64,000 nucleotides of DNA from Vicugna vicugna (Eukaryota): positions 124,001 through 188,000 of the forward strand of contig MU058531.1 in assembly GCA_013265495.1 (NCBI GenBank). Direction: 5' to 3'. Below, in pieces: positions 39,950 through 53,108 of this stretch. Position numbers and translations under genes: made by a program. The notes beneath the pieces are model-generated. The model had not been told where the DNA came from. It searched no databases and worked only from the letters and a program-made list of their open reading frames with translations. Positions within the stretch are counted from its first letter, which is position 1; each line of letters begins with the position of its first letter.

Positions 39950-40730
39950 GGCCACTGTGGACGACAGGCAGGATCATGCAGCGAAGGAAGTGACCCTCCG
40001 GGTGCTGACAGCGCTCGTTCTAAGACTCTCCGGATGCGGAGCCCGTTCCGGCCCGCAGAAACAAGGCCATTTCTCGACCGGTTCCTAGGGGACTCGCGGG
40101 GCTAAGTGTAGTGGCACCGGCCTCACCTCGGGACCTTCGCCACACCTTTATTGTCTCCAGGACGGAATCCGAGGTCGGCGTCCCATAGGCAGAGGGTGGT
40201 TCCCACCGCAGTCGCGAGGCAGGGTCCTACCCTGCCAGGCGCGCCGAGCCCCGAGGGAAGCTCCGCCCACCGGCCGCCTCCGCCCATTGGTCGCCCGGCA
40301 TTCCGAGACCCGCCTCCCAGATTTGAAAGCATCTCCCGGGAGCTGGTGGAAAGCTCACAGCGGCCGTCGGCTGCGCCCGGAAGCCCCGCCCACTCCCAGC
40401 GTTCAGTGCGGGGCCTTAGCCGCCATTGTTTGAATTTGAAAAGGAAAATACGTCTGTGCTGCTCGCTGGTCGGGCTGGCAGGACGACGTTTGCGGGTGAG
40501 GGTGCGAGGAAGGCGATGGGAGACTCTGCACACACCAAGTGAGTGGGGGAAACCGTTCAGGCAGCGTGCGCACCTTCCGACGGGGCTCGTGACGCCCCTG
40601 AAATTACTTAGGAACTGGGTTGTGGAGCAGTGAGGACGCCTTGGGCACCGGGTGCGCTTTGGAAAGCTGAGGCTTAGGGTTTAATCTGTGTCCGCCGCCT
40701 CTTATTAGCTGTGTGACGCAAGGCAACGTC
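39950..40730 (+). promoter_or_regulatory. KIF20B: CpG-island promoter of KIF20B with G2/M-type elements
   Basis: Dense CpG; GC boxes CCGCCC at 40263, 40280 and ~40386; inverted CCAAT (ATTGG) 40286-40290; CHR TTTGAA at 40322-40327 and tandem TTTGAATTTGAA 40429-40440; YY1-like GCCGCCATTGTT 40419-40430. Confidence 0.9.
40425..40495 (+). other. KIF20B: KIF20B exon 1 (5' UTR); start approximate
   Basis: Lies in the CpG island; donor CGG|GTGAGG; resembles my recollection of the human KIF20B 5' UTR (ATTGTTTGAATTTGAAAA...GTTTGCAG). Confidence 0.75.
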
Positions 40731-41385
40731 TTTAAACTCTCTGGGCCTGTTTCTTCGTTTGTTACCAGGGGTTAATGATAGAACCTACCTCTTCGGGCTA
40801 TTATGAAGATAAAATGATAATATATAAAGCTATTAGAAAGAGTGCCGGTATATAGTAGGCACCAAGTGTTTGCAATCGTTAATATTTTTATTATTGTTGC
40901 TTTTGTTATTGCCAGATCTAGCGTCCTGAATCCCTAAGGTGAGCAGTTCGCTCGGCAAGTGGCATGCTCTCATTTTGTGGGATTCCTGTGGTGGCAGTCT
41001 GCAGTTAATACCCATGTTGCTGCCAGTGCCTGGGGCTCGCCCTTCTTGAGCTTTGTAGTGCTAAGCGGAAGGGGATGTGTGTGGCTAGTGCTGTCATGCC
41101 CCAGTTTGGAAGGTTTCCCCCATCTCCTACTTTTTCTTTCAGTGATTCCTGCCTGGTGCAGCACTCTAATATTCCTTGCAGAAGGACTAGTTGACAAAAA
41201 TTCACGCCTTATGGATTAGCTTGTTTTTAATCCCCAAGATGGTTAAATTCAGATTTGTTTTTGTTCTTAAAACAAGGTAGCAGTTTACCCAGAAGCAGCA
41301 TAGCAGTGTATACGTTTTATTAGGTGTACAAGATCTAAGACTTAAGGTTCCAAAATAATATAAAGGACTCATTAGTTGTGAAGAC

Positions 41386-41536
41386 TTAAAATTTTTTTTA
41401 ATATATTTTTTTGGTGGGGGGAGGCAATTAGGTTTATTATTATTAATTTACTTTTTAATGAAGGTACTGGGGATTGAACCCAGGACCTGATGCATGCTAA
41501 GCATGCACTCTACCGCTGAGCTATATCTTCCCCACA
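41386..41536 (-). mobile_element. tRNA-derived SINE (vic-1-like) in intron 1
   Basis: A/B boxes; TSD GTGAAGAC at 41378-41385 and 41537-41544. Confidence 0.9.
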
Positions 41537-42499
41537 GTGAAGACATTTTTCAGACTGTATTTTGTGGATGACATTCAGAAACCGCATTCAGCAGCAGTTA
41601 TTTTTCACCAGCCTTCAATCATGGAATCTCACTGGCGAGATGATAAAAGATACAGTTTCTCAGTTGTGGGAACAGCCTTTCCAAATGAGGTCTTGAACCT
41701 TGCTGTTGCTAAAGATATTATCTCTAAAGAGTAGGGCCAAATAATTTTTTGGGGGGTTATAGAGGACTTTATTTATTACTATTTAAGTCACTATGCAGAG
41801 AATCTTCATCACTACATGAATCTCTGAATTTGTTGTCAGGGATTCAGAGTAGTATAAGACGTGGTCCTTGACCACAAGAAGTTTCTAGTCAGGGAGGCCA
41901 CACAAAATTAGAAGTTAACTGAAAGTACAGGAAGTGACTGTATATCTCAACAATTTTTTAAGTGTTAAGAGGCAGTTTATTCATTGAAAACTGAACATAT
42001 AAGCAAGTAGAAACTACTATAACCTTGCTCTTTTTTAGGAGGTGCAATATTCTTTCTAAGTTACTGACTAAATAAAATATTTATCAACACTTTTTTTTAA
42101 CCAAAAATTAATTGAAGGCAAAGAATGACACCTCCCTGTTTCCTGGACATTTCTATGAAATCTGAGATATGAAATGTCAAGCCAGTACTTTCATGTTTTG
42201 CAAACTTTTCTCTCATGTTCTGCTAGATGAGTGTTTTTTTTTATTCTATCAGTTACCTTTTTGCTTAATTTTCATCCATAAATTACATGTTTGAAGTATT
42301 CTATTGGACTTCATTTAAGTAATTTTCTCATTTGATTACATCACTGATTGTACAATTAAAAAAACAGTGAAGGTGTTAAACTTGCTTAATTATATGGTTG
42401 GTTGATCCTATAGTTTGCTGGGTTTTGTTGAAAGCATATGTATAACTTCCTTAAGTCTTTTCGCAATTTAGGGAAAACAGAAAATTGAAAACAGCCCTA

Positions 42500-43110
42500 T
42501 TGTATTGAGTTTGGGGAGTTTCAGGGCTGAGCAAGGAAAAAGATACCACCACAAGGCGGCAGCAACACATAGGAGCTTTACTGGGGTAACACTGACAGGA
42601 CTGCATGCTAGGAAAGTCGCCCGCAGTATGAGACCTTCCAGAGACTAGAGTGAAGGGCCATCACCTATAAGGGGAAGAGGGCAAGGGAACTGGGAGGGGC
42701 CAGGGGACTGGGAGAGGGAGTGATGTTGCTCAGCAGCACAGTAGGGAGTCCCTGTGTCAGAGGCTTGGGGTCTTCATAGTCCTGGATGTTATCTGTGGCT
42801 AGCAGATGATGGGTGCAGTTTCATGGGATATACAAACCAGTTAGGCTCTATATGGCTAAAAATAAGCGTATTTTGGCTATATTTAAAGTAAATGGATATG
42901 GGGAGGTGTTGAGTGTAGCTCAGTGATAGAGTGCATGGCCTAGCATACATGAAGTCCTGGGTTCAATCCCCAGTACCTCCACTAAAATAATTAATTAATT
43001 AATTAAAAATAAATAAAGTAAGTGGATGTGTGAAAATTTGAGTTTCACACCTCAGTAGATTTTTGAAGTAATGTTTGTGGCCTGCTGTGAAGAAGTAAAC
43101 AACAGGGACT
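42500..43110 (-). mobile_element. ERVL-type solo LTR relic (MER68-like) in intron 1
   Basis: GGCTCTATATGGCTAAAAAT...GCCTGCTGTGAAGAAGTAAACAAC resembles an ERVL LTR family from memory. Confidence 0.45.
42901..43014 (+). mobile_element. tRNA-derived SINE (vic-1-like) inside the LTR relic
   Basis: A/B boxes; TSD AAAGTAA(A/G)TGGAT(A/G)TG at 42885-42900 and 43015-43030. Confidence 0.9.
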
Positions 43111-43945
43111 ATCTTTGACTCATTTACTTAATGTCTGCGGATGCCCATTACTAACTACCTTCTTGAGCCAGGAACCCTGGTTGGCAGTCGCTGTCCTGGA
43201 TATTTCATAATGTTCAAAGAGTAGAGAGCTCGCTTCTTTTCTCCCTGGTATTGTGCAGTAAATATTTGAATGTTAATTTATCAGTGAAGGTTACCTCTGG
43301 GTTTACCTTTAAATTTAGTACCTTGGTGTTTAATTTAGTTGTAATAGTTTACTGATGCATTATTTCATGTTCAACTTAATTTTTAAGACCTGTGATGTAT
43401 CAGGTACTGTTTCAAATGTGTTCATATACGTTATTTACTTTTATTTAGAAGAATTCAATTGAAAGTAATTGTCCAGATAACTGACTTTAAATTCTAAATG
43501 CAACATTACAAAGTCTATAAGTAACATTCTTCAGAAGACACTAAACAACGAAAATAACAGAAGGTTATAATTTACTCCATCCTCACTGTTTGATTTCTAG
43601 AGGATATCAGGTGGAGGCTGAATGTTTTATACTATCATACTTTCTGGATTATCTTTACTCATGAAATCTCTTTGGATGAATCTACCCATGCACTGGTGGT
43701 GTGTGGATCATATGAATAGTAGTGGTAGGTTGTGTCCAATATTAGTTTTTTCAGAGTCTAAATAATTTGATCTTTTGTCTTTTCCACGAGTCGTCATGTT
43801 ATAGATGAAGTCCAATGTTTTCCTTTTGGAAATCTAGCTGTATGGCAGAAAGTAATGGGCTGGACTCACAGACATTTTAAACAATGGATGGCTTGTATGT
43901 TGATTTATGGAGGTTATCTAAAGAAATTACTGTTATTCTTGCAGA

Positions 43946-44092
43946 ATGGAATCTAACTTAAATCAGGATGGGGTGCCTAGACCATCTTATGTTTTCAGTG
44001 CTGACCCAGTTGAAAGGCCTTCGGAAATAAATTTTGATGGCATTAAGCTTGACCTCTCTCGTGAATTTTCCTTAGTTGCTTCAAGCACTGAG
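43946..44092 (+). CDS. KIF20B: KIF20B exon 2 (first coding exon; exon starts at 43945)
   Basis: TTGCAG|A-ATG; MESNLNQDGVPRPSYVFSADP...SSTE; GAG|GTAAGT. Confidence 0.95.
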
Positions 44093-45049
44093 GTAAGTAC
44101 AACAAAAAGAGTTATGTTGACTATCATGATTGAGTGGAACTGGGTACGTGCATGTGTGTGCTTGTGCACACATACACACATGTGGACAGATAAAACAAGA
44201 GCAGAGGTTTCCCCACTTTGTAGATTTAAGGCAAACTTCCATCTCAGTAATTTTTTCATGGTGTCCTAAACACATAACAGTTCCTTTCCATATAATAGGT
44301 GCAAACTATTTAATAACTGTTTGTGCCCTAACCTAGTAGCCATTTGGAAAAAAAATTAATGTTTTATTTCATTCTTCAGTAACCACGGTTACTTCCTAAT
44401 GGGCTTTGTGTGCCTTTTGGGTGCTGCACAACTTCTCAAGCTTTGGAATCAGATTGGACACTGCCACCCTCATTTCCTGTTATTCGTTGTTTTGGGGCTG
44501 TACTTACTTTTTATCACAACCACCACTGGAAAATCCATCTTCACTAAGATATGCCATCACAAAAGAAACAGTGTGATCTAATGTTGAAACTGAACTACTT
44601 CGAGTTAATAGTTCATGGTGTTCAACATATGTCAGGTGCTGCTGTAGGTCTTTCAAAAATGTGAACTGTCCACTATGCCCCTAGGAACTGCAGGCCTTAG
44701 TTTAAAAAATAATGCAGATTAAAGAAAAATTTACTTAGTAGTGTTTAAGAAATAAAAGTCCTTCTACCACTCTACCTTCAATCACTATGTTTGCTGCTTT
44801 TCTTTATAGACTTGTTCTTATACATTTACTTTCAATCCATTTATATTCTGTTTATTGCAGATTAGACTTAATTTTGATGCCTTAGAGAGATGGACTAATC
44901 CATTTTATAAAGAATGATGGAAAGGGAAAGGAGAGTATAGGGGACTTAGATAAAAGAATAGTTATTTAATACCCATCGTATGCCAGGCTCTTTAACTTTA
45001 GCTAAGTTAATCAGAAAAAGAAAAGGGAGGAAGGGATAAATGCTTCTCG

Positions 45050-48000
45050 ATATATAAATGGAATTATACATTACATAGTCTTTTTTGTGTGCCTTCTTTC
45101 ACATAACACAAAGGTCAGTATACAAAGGCCTATTTTTGTATTGTTCACAAGCTAAGAATGATTTTTACATTTTTAAGTGGTTGAAGAAAAATCAAAAGAA
45201 AAATAATGTTTCATAATGTGAAAATTATACGAAATTCAAACTTAAAGTTTTGCTGAATCACAGCCATACTTACTGGTTTACTTATTTTCTAGATCTGCTT
45301 TTGCAAAACAATGGCAGAGTTGATTAGTTGTGACAGACTCTGGGACCTGTAGGGCCTAAAATATTAACTGTCTTTTGTTTACAAAAAAATTTTGCTGACC
45401 CTTTACTTATTTAGCATGATGCTTTTGAGATTTATTACACATCATGTGTCAGTAATTTGTTACTTTTTGTTTCTGAACAGCAGTACCTTGTGCAGATATG
45501 CCACATTTCCTTCTACAATTTGATGGACGTTTGGGTGGTTTCCATTTTGGGGCCATTACAAATACTGCTTCTCTGAACATTCATTTGCAAGCCTCTCTGT
45601 GAACTTGTGTTTTCATTTCTCTTGGGGAAATAGTTAGAAGTAATTGTGGGTCAAATGATAAGTGCATATTTAGCTTCATAAAAACTGTTTTCCCAAGTGG
45701 CCATACCAGCACCAGCAATGTATGCAGGTTCCAGTTTCTCCACCTCTTTGCCAGCACTTGGTAATATTCTGAGTGTAGTAGTAGTACCTTATTGTGGTTC
45801 TAGTTTGCATTTCCCTAAATGAGCACTATTTCAAGTATTTCTTGTCCATTCTGTACCTTTTTTTGTAAAATGTCTCTTCAAGTTTTTTCCCCTTTTAAAA
45901 AGATTAGGTATTTGTTTTATTATTGACTTGTGAGAACTCTTTATGCATTGCAGATACATGTCCTTTATCAGATAAAGAGGGTCTTGATTAATAGAGGTTT
46001 TTAATTTTAAAACCCAATTTAACTTTTTTTTTCTTTTATGGTAATTTCTTTTGAATCCTCTCTAAGAAATCTTTGCCCAAGGTTGTGAAGGTTTTTTGAA
46101 CATTTTCTTCTAGAAATGATTAGAGCCTTGGTTTTAATGGTTGTATTTGTTATCCATCTTGAATTAGTTTTTGTGTATAGTTGATGTAGGTGTCCAGGTT
46201 GGTTGATTGATTTTCTTACTGCCATTTATTTTCTTAATGCCATTTTAACATTTTGTGTAAAAAAAACTTTATTTTCCCCATTATATTGTTTTGCTGCCTT
46301 TATTGATAATCACATGGCTGTGTATATATATGTGGTTCTATTTCTGCATAATTCTCTTTCATTGACTTATTTGTCCATCCTTATGCCTATACTTCACTGT
46401 CTATTTCTGTAGGTTTCTAATAATACTTGAGATCAGGCAGTATGAGTTCTCCAACTTTGCTTTTCTTTTTTAGGAGTATTTTGGGTTTCCTAGATTCTTT
46501 CCATATTCATACATTTTAGAATTGGCATACCAGTTTTCATAAAATAGTCTCCTGGGATTTTGGACTGGGATTGCATTGAATCTATGAATCAGTTTGGAGA
46601 GAATTGACATTTTAATAATATTGAGAGTTTTCATCTATAATCATGGTATATTTCTCCATTAATTTAGGTCTTTAAGGTTTTAGCAATGTTTTGTATATCT
46701 CAGTGTAGAGGCCTTTAGCATCTTTTGTTAAATACACTCATTAACATGTCATGGTATTTGATGCAATTGTAAATGATATTTTTAACAGCTTTATTGAAGT
46801 ATAATTAAGATACAGTAAACTGCACATGTTTGAAAAGTTTTGGCATATGCTTATGAGACCATCACGACAACCAAGATAGTGAATATCTCTATTACTCCTA
46901 AAAGTTTCCTGTGCCTCCTTGTAATCTCTCCCTCCCATCACATCTCCAAGTAACCACTGATCAGAATTTCTGTCAGTATACATTAGTTTGCACTTCTGGA
47001 GTTTTTTATAAATGAAGGAGGAGATCTGGTTTCATTTACTGAGCGTAATTATTTTGAGTTTTATGCATGTTGTATGTATCAATAGGTCATTACTTTTTAC
47101 TGCCAGTTGTTTGGCTATGCCACAATTTGTTTATCCATTCACTTGCTGATGGACATTTGTGTTTATAGTTTCTAGCTATTACAAACAAAGCTTCTATGAA
47201 CATTTGTGTACAAATCTTTTTATGGACATATATTTTCTTTTTTATTTTCTTGGATAAATACCTAGGGGTGCAATGGCTGGATCATTTTCAAGAATCCGCC
47301 AAACTTTTCCAAAGTGATAATAGCATTTTACATTCCCAGCAGCAGTATGTGAGAGTTCTAGTTCTTCCACATCTTCACCAACACTTGGTGTGGTCAGTAT
47401 ATTTATTTGTTTGTTTGTTTTTAAATACTTTATTTTTTAGAGTAGTTTTATGTTCACAGCAAAAATGAGCAGAAGGTACAGAGATTTCTCATATACCCTC
47501 TGCTCTGACACATGCATAGCTTCCCTCATTATCCACATTTCCCACCAGAGGGGTAGTACATTTATTATAACTGATGAACTTAACATTGACACATGATTAA
47601 TACACAGAGTCCTCACAATATAGTTAGAAATTATGGCTTTCTCTTGGTGTTGTACATTCTACGGTTTTGAAAAAATGTGTATCTGTCATTGTGTATCCAT
47701 CATTATATATCCATCATTATGGTGTCATATGGAGTATTTTCACTCCCCTGAAATTCATCTGTGTTTTTCTCCTGTTTGTCTCCTCTCCACCCCCACTAAC
47801 CATTGATCTTTTAACTGTCTCTATAGTTTTGCCTTTTCCAGAGTATTAAATAGTTGGGATTATACTGTATGTAACCATTTCAGGTTAACTTTTTTCATTT
47901 AGCAGTGTGCATTTAAGGTTCCTCCATGTCTTGTCATGGTTTAATAGCTCAGCTCTTTTTAGTGCTGAATTATATTCCATTATATGGGTTTACTGCAGTT

Positions 48001-51000
48001 TATTCATTCCCCTAGTGAAGGGCATCTTGATTGCTTCCAAGTTTGGGGGACTATGAATAAAGCTGCTGTGAGCATTCATGTGTAGATATTGTGTGGACAT
48101 AAGTTTTCAGTTCTTTTGGGTAAGTACCAAGGAATGTGATTGGTGCATTGTATAGTACAATGATTTTTATTTTAGTAAGAAACTGTCAAACTGTCTTCCA
48201 AAATGTCTGTAGCATTTCACATTCTCACCAGCAGTGGATGAGAGTTCCTGTTGCTCCACATCCTCACCAGCATTTGGTGGTGTCTGTGTTCAGATTTTGG
48301 CCATTCTAATAATTGTGTAGTGATAGCTCATTGTTTTAATTTGCATTTCCCTAATGACATACAGTGTTTTCATATGCTTATTTGTCATCTGTATATCTTG
48401 TTTGGTAAGATATCTGTTAAGGTCTTTGGCCCATTTTAATTGGTTTATGTTCTTACTGTTGAATTTTAAGAGTTCTTTGTGTATTTTGAATAATAGTCCT
48501 TTACAAATTTTTTGGTACATATTATCTCTCATTCTGTGGCTTGTCATTTCACTCTCTTGACTGTGTCTTTCACAAAGCAGAAATTTTTAATTTTAATGAA
48601 ATCCAGCTTATCAATTATTTCTTTCATATATCATGCCTTTGGTGTTGAATCAAAAAAGTTATTGCCAAACCCAAGGTCATCCAGATTTTCTAGGACTAAT
48701 AGTTTTGTGTTTTACTTTTAGGTTTGTATCCATTTTAAGTTAATTTTTGTGAAAGGTGTAAAGTCTATGTCTAGGTTAATTTTTGTATGTGGATGTCCTG
48801 TTGTTCCAGCACCATTTGTGGATGAGACTGCTGCATTATACTACCTTTGCTTCTTTGTCAAAGATCAGTTGACTATATTCATGTGGATCTGTTCCTGGGC
48901 TCTCTTCTGTTCCATTGACTGATTCTGTTCTTTTGCCAGAACTGTCTTGATTACTGTAGCTTTGTAGTATGTCTTAAAGTTGGGTATTATCAGTCCTCGA
49001 ACTTTGTTCTTTTCTTTCATTTTTTTTGTTAGCTCCTCTGTGTAGTCTTTCTATTTTTAGTCATTGTAAGAGGTATGTATTAGTATCAAATTAGTATTTG
49101 TGTTTACTTAATGACTAAAGATGTTGAATATGTTTTTATGTGCTTATTTGCCTTTTGTGTATCTTTGGAGAAGTGTCAGTTTAAATCTTTTGCCCATTAA
49201 AAAAATTGGGTTGTTTTCTCATTAAATTGTAAGTGGTCTTTATATTTTCCAGATACATCTGTTTGTCACATGTATCCTTTGTAAATATTTTCTGTTGGTC
49301 TATGGCTTGTCTTTTCATCCCATAACAGTGTTTTTGGAAGAGAAGTTTTTAATTTTGAGGAAATCCAGTTTACCAATTTCTCCTATTATGGATTGTTTGT
49401 GTTGTGTCTACAAAATCTTTGCCTAACTCAAGGCCACAAAGATTTTCTTTTATGGTTTCTTTTAGAAGTTTTACAGTTTTAGTTACATTTAGGTCTGTGA
49501 TCCATTTTGAGTTAATTTTATGTACAATGTGAGGTGTGTATTCAAATTCTTTTTCTTTCTTTCTTTCTTTTTTTTTTTTTGCATATAGCTGTCCAATTAC
49601 TCTAGCACAATTTGTTGAAAAAGCTGTCCTTTCTGTACTGCGTGTCTTTTGCACCTTTGCTATAAATCAGATGTCCTTATATATGGGGGTTTATTTTTGA
49701 ATACTCTATGTATTCTGTTTCATGGATTCATTTATCTGTCTCTCAATACCTCTCTGTTTTGATTACTGTAGCTTTAAAGTAAGTATTGAAATCAGGTAGT
49801 AGTGTTAGCCTACCAAGTTTCCTCTTTTAGGGTTGTTTTGACTGTTCGAGGTACTTTACATTTCTGTGTGAATTTTTAAATGAGTTTGCCAGTTGCTACC
49901 AAAAAGCCCTCCTGGGATTTTGATTCAATTACATTGAATCTATAGATCAATTTTGGAAGAATTGACATCTTAACAACATTGAATCTACTAAATGACGAAC
50001 AAGGTGTATCTCCATTTATTTTGGCCTCCTTTAGTTTCTCTGAGCAGTGTTTTGTAGTTTTCGATCTACAGGTCTTTCACATCTTTTGTAAGTCTTTTTT
50101 TCCTGAGTATTTCATAATTTTTGAGGTTATTGCAAATGGTATTGCTTTTAAAAATCAATTTCTGTTTCTTCCCACTATATAGAAAAAACAGTCGATTTTG
50201 CATATTGATCTTCTGTTATGCTACATGGCTAAACTCATTGAATAGTTCCAGTAACTTTTTTGAAGATGTTGTCAGATATTTGCAGATGTTCATGTTGTCC
50301 ATGAATAAGGACAGTTTTATTCCTGTCTTCTCATTGTGGGTACTTTTCTTTCCCTCTCCCTTTTTCGTTTTCCTTTTCTCCCTGCCCCATCCAACTTTCA
50401 CCTGATTACATTGGCTAAAACCTCTAGAAACTCTAGCACAGTGTTGAATAGAAGTGGTGAGAGCAGAAATCCCTGTGTTACTCATCTTGCTACTCATCTT
50501 TGATTCAGTCTTTAATTAAGTATGATCTTAGCTGTAGGTCTCTTGTAAATGCACTTTATCAGGTTAAGGAAGTTCCCTTCTCAAATTTGCTGAGAGTTCT
50601 TATTATGAATGGATGTTGAATATGTATATTAAATTTATATCATCATTCAAATGCTTTTTTTTACCTATTAGAAATAAGTTTCTTCTCATTTATTCTTTTA
50701 ATGTGTCTAATTACCCTAATTAGTTTTTGATTGTTATATTGGCCTTGCATTCCTGGGATAAACTATTTTGGTTAGGATGTATTATCCTATTTTATATATT
50801 AGCTATTATTTTGTTAGGGGATTTTTGCCTCTATCTTAATTAGGGATATTCTGTAATTTTTCCTGAGGAGATCCTTTTCAGGTTGTGATGTCAAGGTTAT
50901 GTTAAACTCAAAATTAGTTGAAAAGTATTCTCTCTTCCTTTATTTTCTTAAAGAGTTTGTCTACAGTTTGATTATATCCATACATGTTTGAGAAAATTTA

Positions 51001-51150
51001 CCCATGAATTACCAGGGTTTGGAGTTTTTTGTTGGGATTCTTTTGTTTGAATGTAAATTGAATTTCTTTAATAGATACAGGATTATTCAAATTTTCTACT
51101 TCTTGTGTGTTATTTGGTGAGTTGTATTTTTCAAGTAATTGATTCCTTTT
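45050..51150 (-). mobile_element. Stack of nested old antisense L1 fragments in KIF20B intron 2
   Basis: Several reverse-strand ORF2 3' translations ([31 protein letters not shown]) and internal T-rich L1 tails at ~46780 and ~47400. Confidence 0.8.
45112..45401. mobile_element. MER58-like hAT MITE
   Basis: GGTCAG...GCTGACCC ends and typical internal text (GCTAAGAATGATTTTTACATTTTTAA, CAATGGCAGAGTTGA). Confidence 0.7.
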
Positions 51151-51591
51151 CACTTTTTAAAAAAATTTAAGGTATTTCATTAAAATATCTTAAAAAATGA
51201 ACTAATCTTCCTCAAAGGAAGCAGTAAGGAAAATGCTATACAGCAAAAAAAAATTCTAAATGCAAAGTGGAATTGAACATTTGGGTTAACAGACTATTCT
51301 AGTTACCTGTGATTATTCTGTAGTTATATGTTTTAGTGACTTAGATCCTTGTTATCTGTATTAGTTATAAAGGTTAGAATTTTATGGCAAAGAAGGATAT
51401 TGTAAACTTCAAGTATAAACATAGAAGATTTTGTTTTTCTTTAAATGTATAAAATAGTTAAAACCAGAAGTCACTGTTTGCTTAGAGATTCTGTATAATC
51501 TCACATTGTTCATAACAATCAGACACTTTAAAGAAAGATATCTCTGAAAATCCATATTTCGTATTTTTAAAATATTTTCTCCTTTTTAAAG

Positions 51592-51678
51592 GTAAACAGA
51601 TTGGAATCCAAAGATTATCTCCAGGTTTGTCTTCGAATAAGACCATTCACACAGTCAGAAAAAGAACATGAGTCTGAG
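51592..51678 (+). CDS. KIF20B: KIF20B exon 3
   Basis: AAAG|GTA; VNRLESKDYLQVCLRIRPFTQSEKEHESE; GAG|GTTTGT; 87 nt. Confidence 0.93.
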
Positions 51679-51785
51679 GTTTGTGTTGAATTTAATTGGA
51701 TTTTAATATTTTACTTTCATTAAATGGGCAAAATATCATTTTTATTTATTGTAGGTTTACTTTTATTTATTTATTTGTATTCTAG

Positions 51786-51902
51786 GGCTGTGTGTATATT
51801 CTGGACTCGCAGACTGTGGTGCTGAAAGATCCTCAAAGTGTCATTGGTCGGTTAAGTGAGAAAAGCTCTGGGCAGTTGGCACAGACATTCAGTTTTTCCA
51901 AG
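51786..51902 (+). CDS. KIF20B: KIF20B exon 4 (GC donor)
   Basis: CTAG|GGC; GCVYILDSQTVVLKDP...FSFSK; AAG|GCAGGT; 117 nt. Confidence 0.9.
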
Positions 51903-52399
51903 GCAGGTACCCATGTGAAATTGAAGATTTTACTTTTAAGAAAAAGAGACTTGGCTTAGGCTAAATTGCTACCTAGTTGTATGTAATGAACTATATATAT
52001 CTAGTACTTATGGAACTTAAACTTTAGGCACTGGTATTTTTTTTCTTAATGGTAGAACTCAAATTTCAGGTGTGTATATATATATGTGTGTGTGTGTGTG
52101 TATGTACATATATATATAATTGGAAGTGAATAAATCTGTAGAGTTCTTACCTGTTTTTTTAAATGTTCTTTTCAAAATTTAGATGAAAACTTACTGGTTG
52201 GATCAGATTTCTATCTTGAAAACTTTTTGACAGTAAACTATCAAGTGTATTTGTGGGAATTGGAGGATATGGCAGCTATTTTAAGAATGAGTTTTGTAAA
52301 ACAAATCTTTTAAATTTAAAAAACATGAGAGTGTAGAACTCACTGTGAATAGTAACTTGAATTTTCTAAAAGGACTTGTTTTTAAAAACGCTTCTTTAG

Positions 52400-52538
52400 G
52401 TTTTTGGCCCAGAAACTACACAGAAGGAATTCTTTCAGGGTTGCATTCTGCAGCCAGTTAAAGACCTCTTGAAAGGACAGAGTCGGCTGATTTTTACTTA
52501 CGGGCTAACCAATTCAGGGAAAACTTACACGTTTCAAG
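52400..52538 (+). CDS. KIF20B: KIF20B exon 5 (P-loop)
   Basis: VFGPETTQKEFF...FTYGLTNSGKTYTFQ; AAG|GTAAAT; 139 nt. Confidence 0.95.
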
Positions 52539-53108
52539 GTAAATGGTTTTATTTTTGCTAGAAAGGAAACAAAAGCAGCACTAATGTTTTACTCATCTTT
52601 GTAATACTTGCATGTAGTTATGTTTTCATTACCTAGCACATTTGCCCCATTTGTAATATGTAATAGCATATCGAATGTGTATTGCTGATGGCTTTTAATT
52701 CAGATTGACTTAATTAATTCGTGAAACTACTCATATAACAAGAATTATACGATGAGAAAAATTCAGAAAAGGATTGCTGTGACATAGGGAATTAAGCATG
52801 GATAACCAGGGAAACACTGTATTTTGTTTTACTTTTATAGTTTGTGATAATGGATGATAGCCAATCTTAAAGCCTGATCTCAATGTACAATTTCAGGCTT
52901 TGAATCAGAATAATAGTTGATGAAATATCAATTATACAATGAAGACCAAAGTGTTAGAAAACTGAATAATCCTTTAACTTCTCTCACTTTTGTCTCATCT
53001 TTTTCTCCTGCCTATTTGTGGTATAAAAGGAGCTCTGGCAGTTCAGGAATGTATTTTGCCTCTTTCCTAATACTCTTAGAGAGTATAAAACAAAAATTCT
53101 TTTCGTAG

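Noticed and set aside
40123..40633. 136-160 aa ORFs over the promoter
   Set aside because: Expected stop-codon scarcity in a GC-rich CpG island; non-ATG starts and low-complexity R/P/G/S translations
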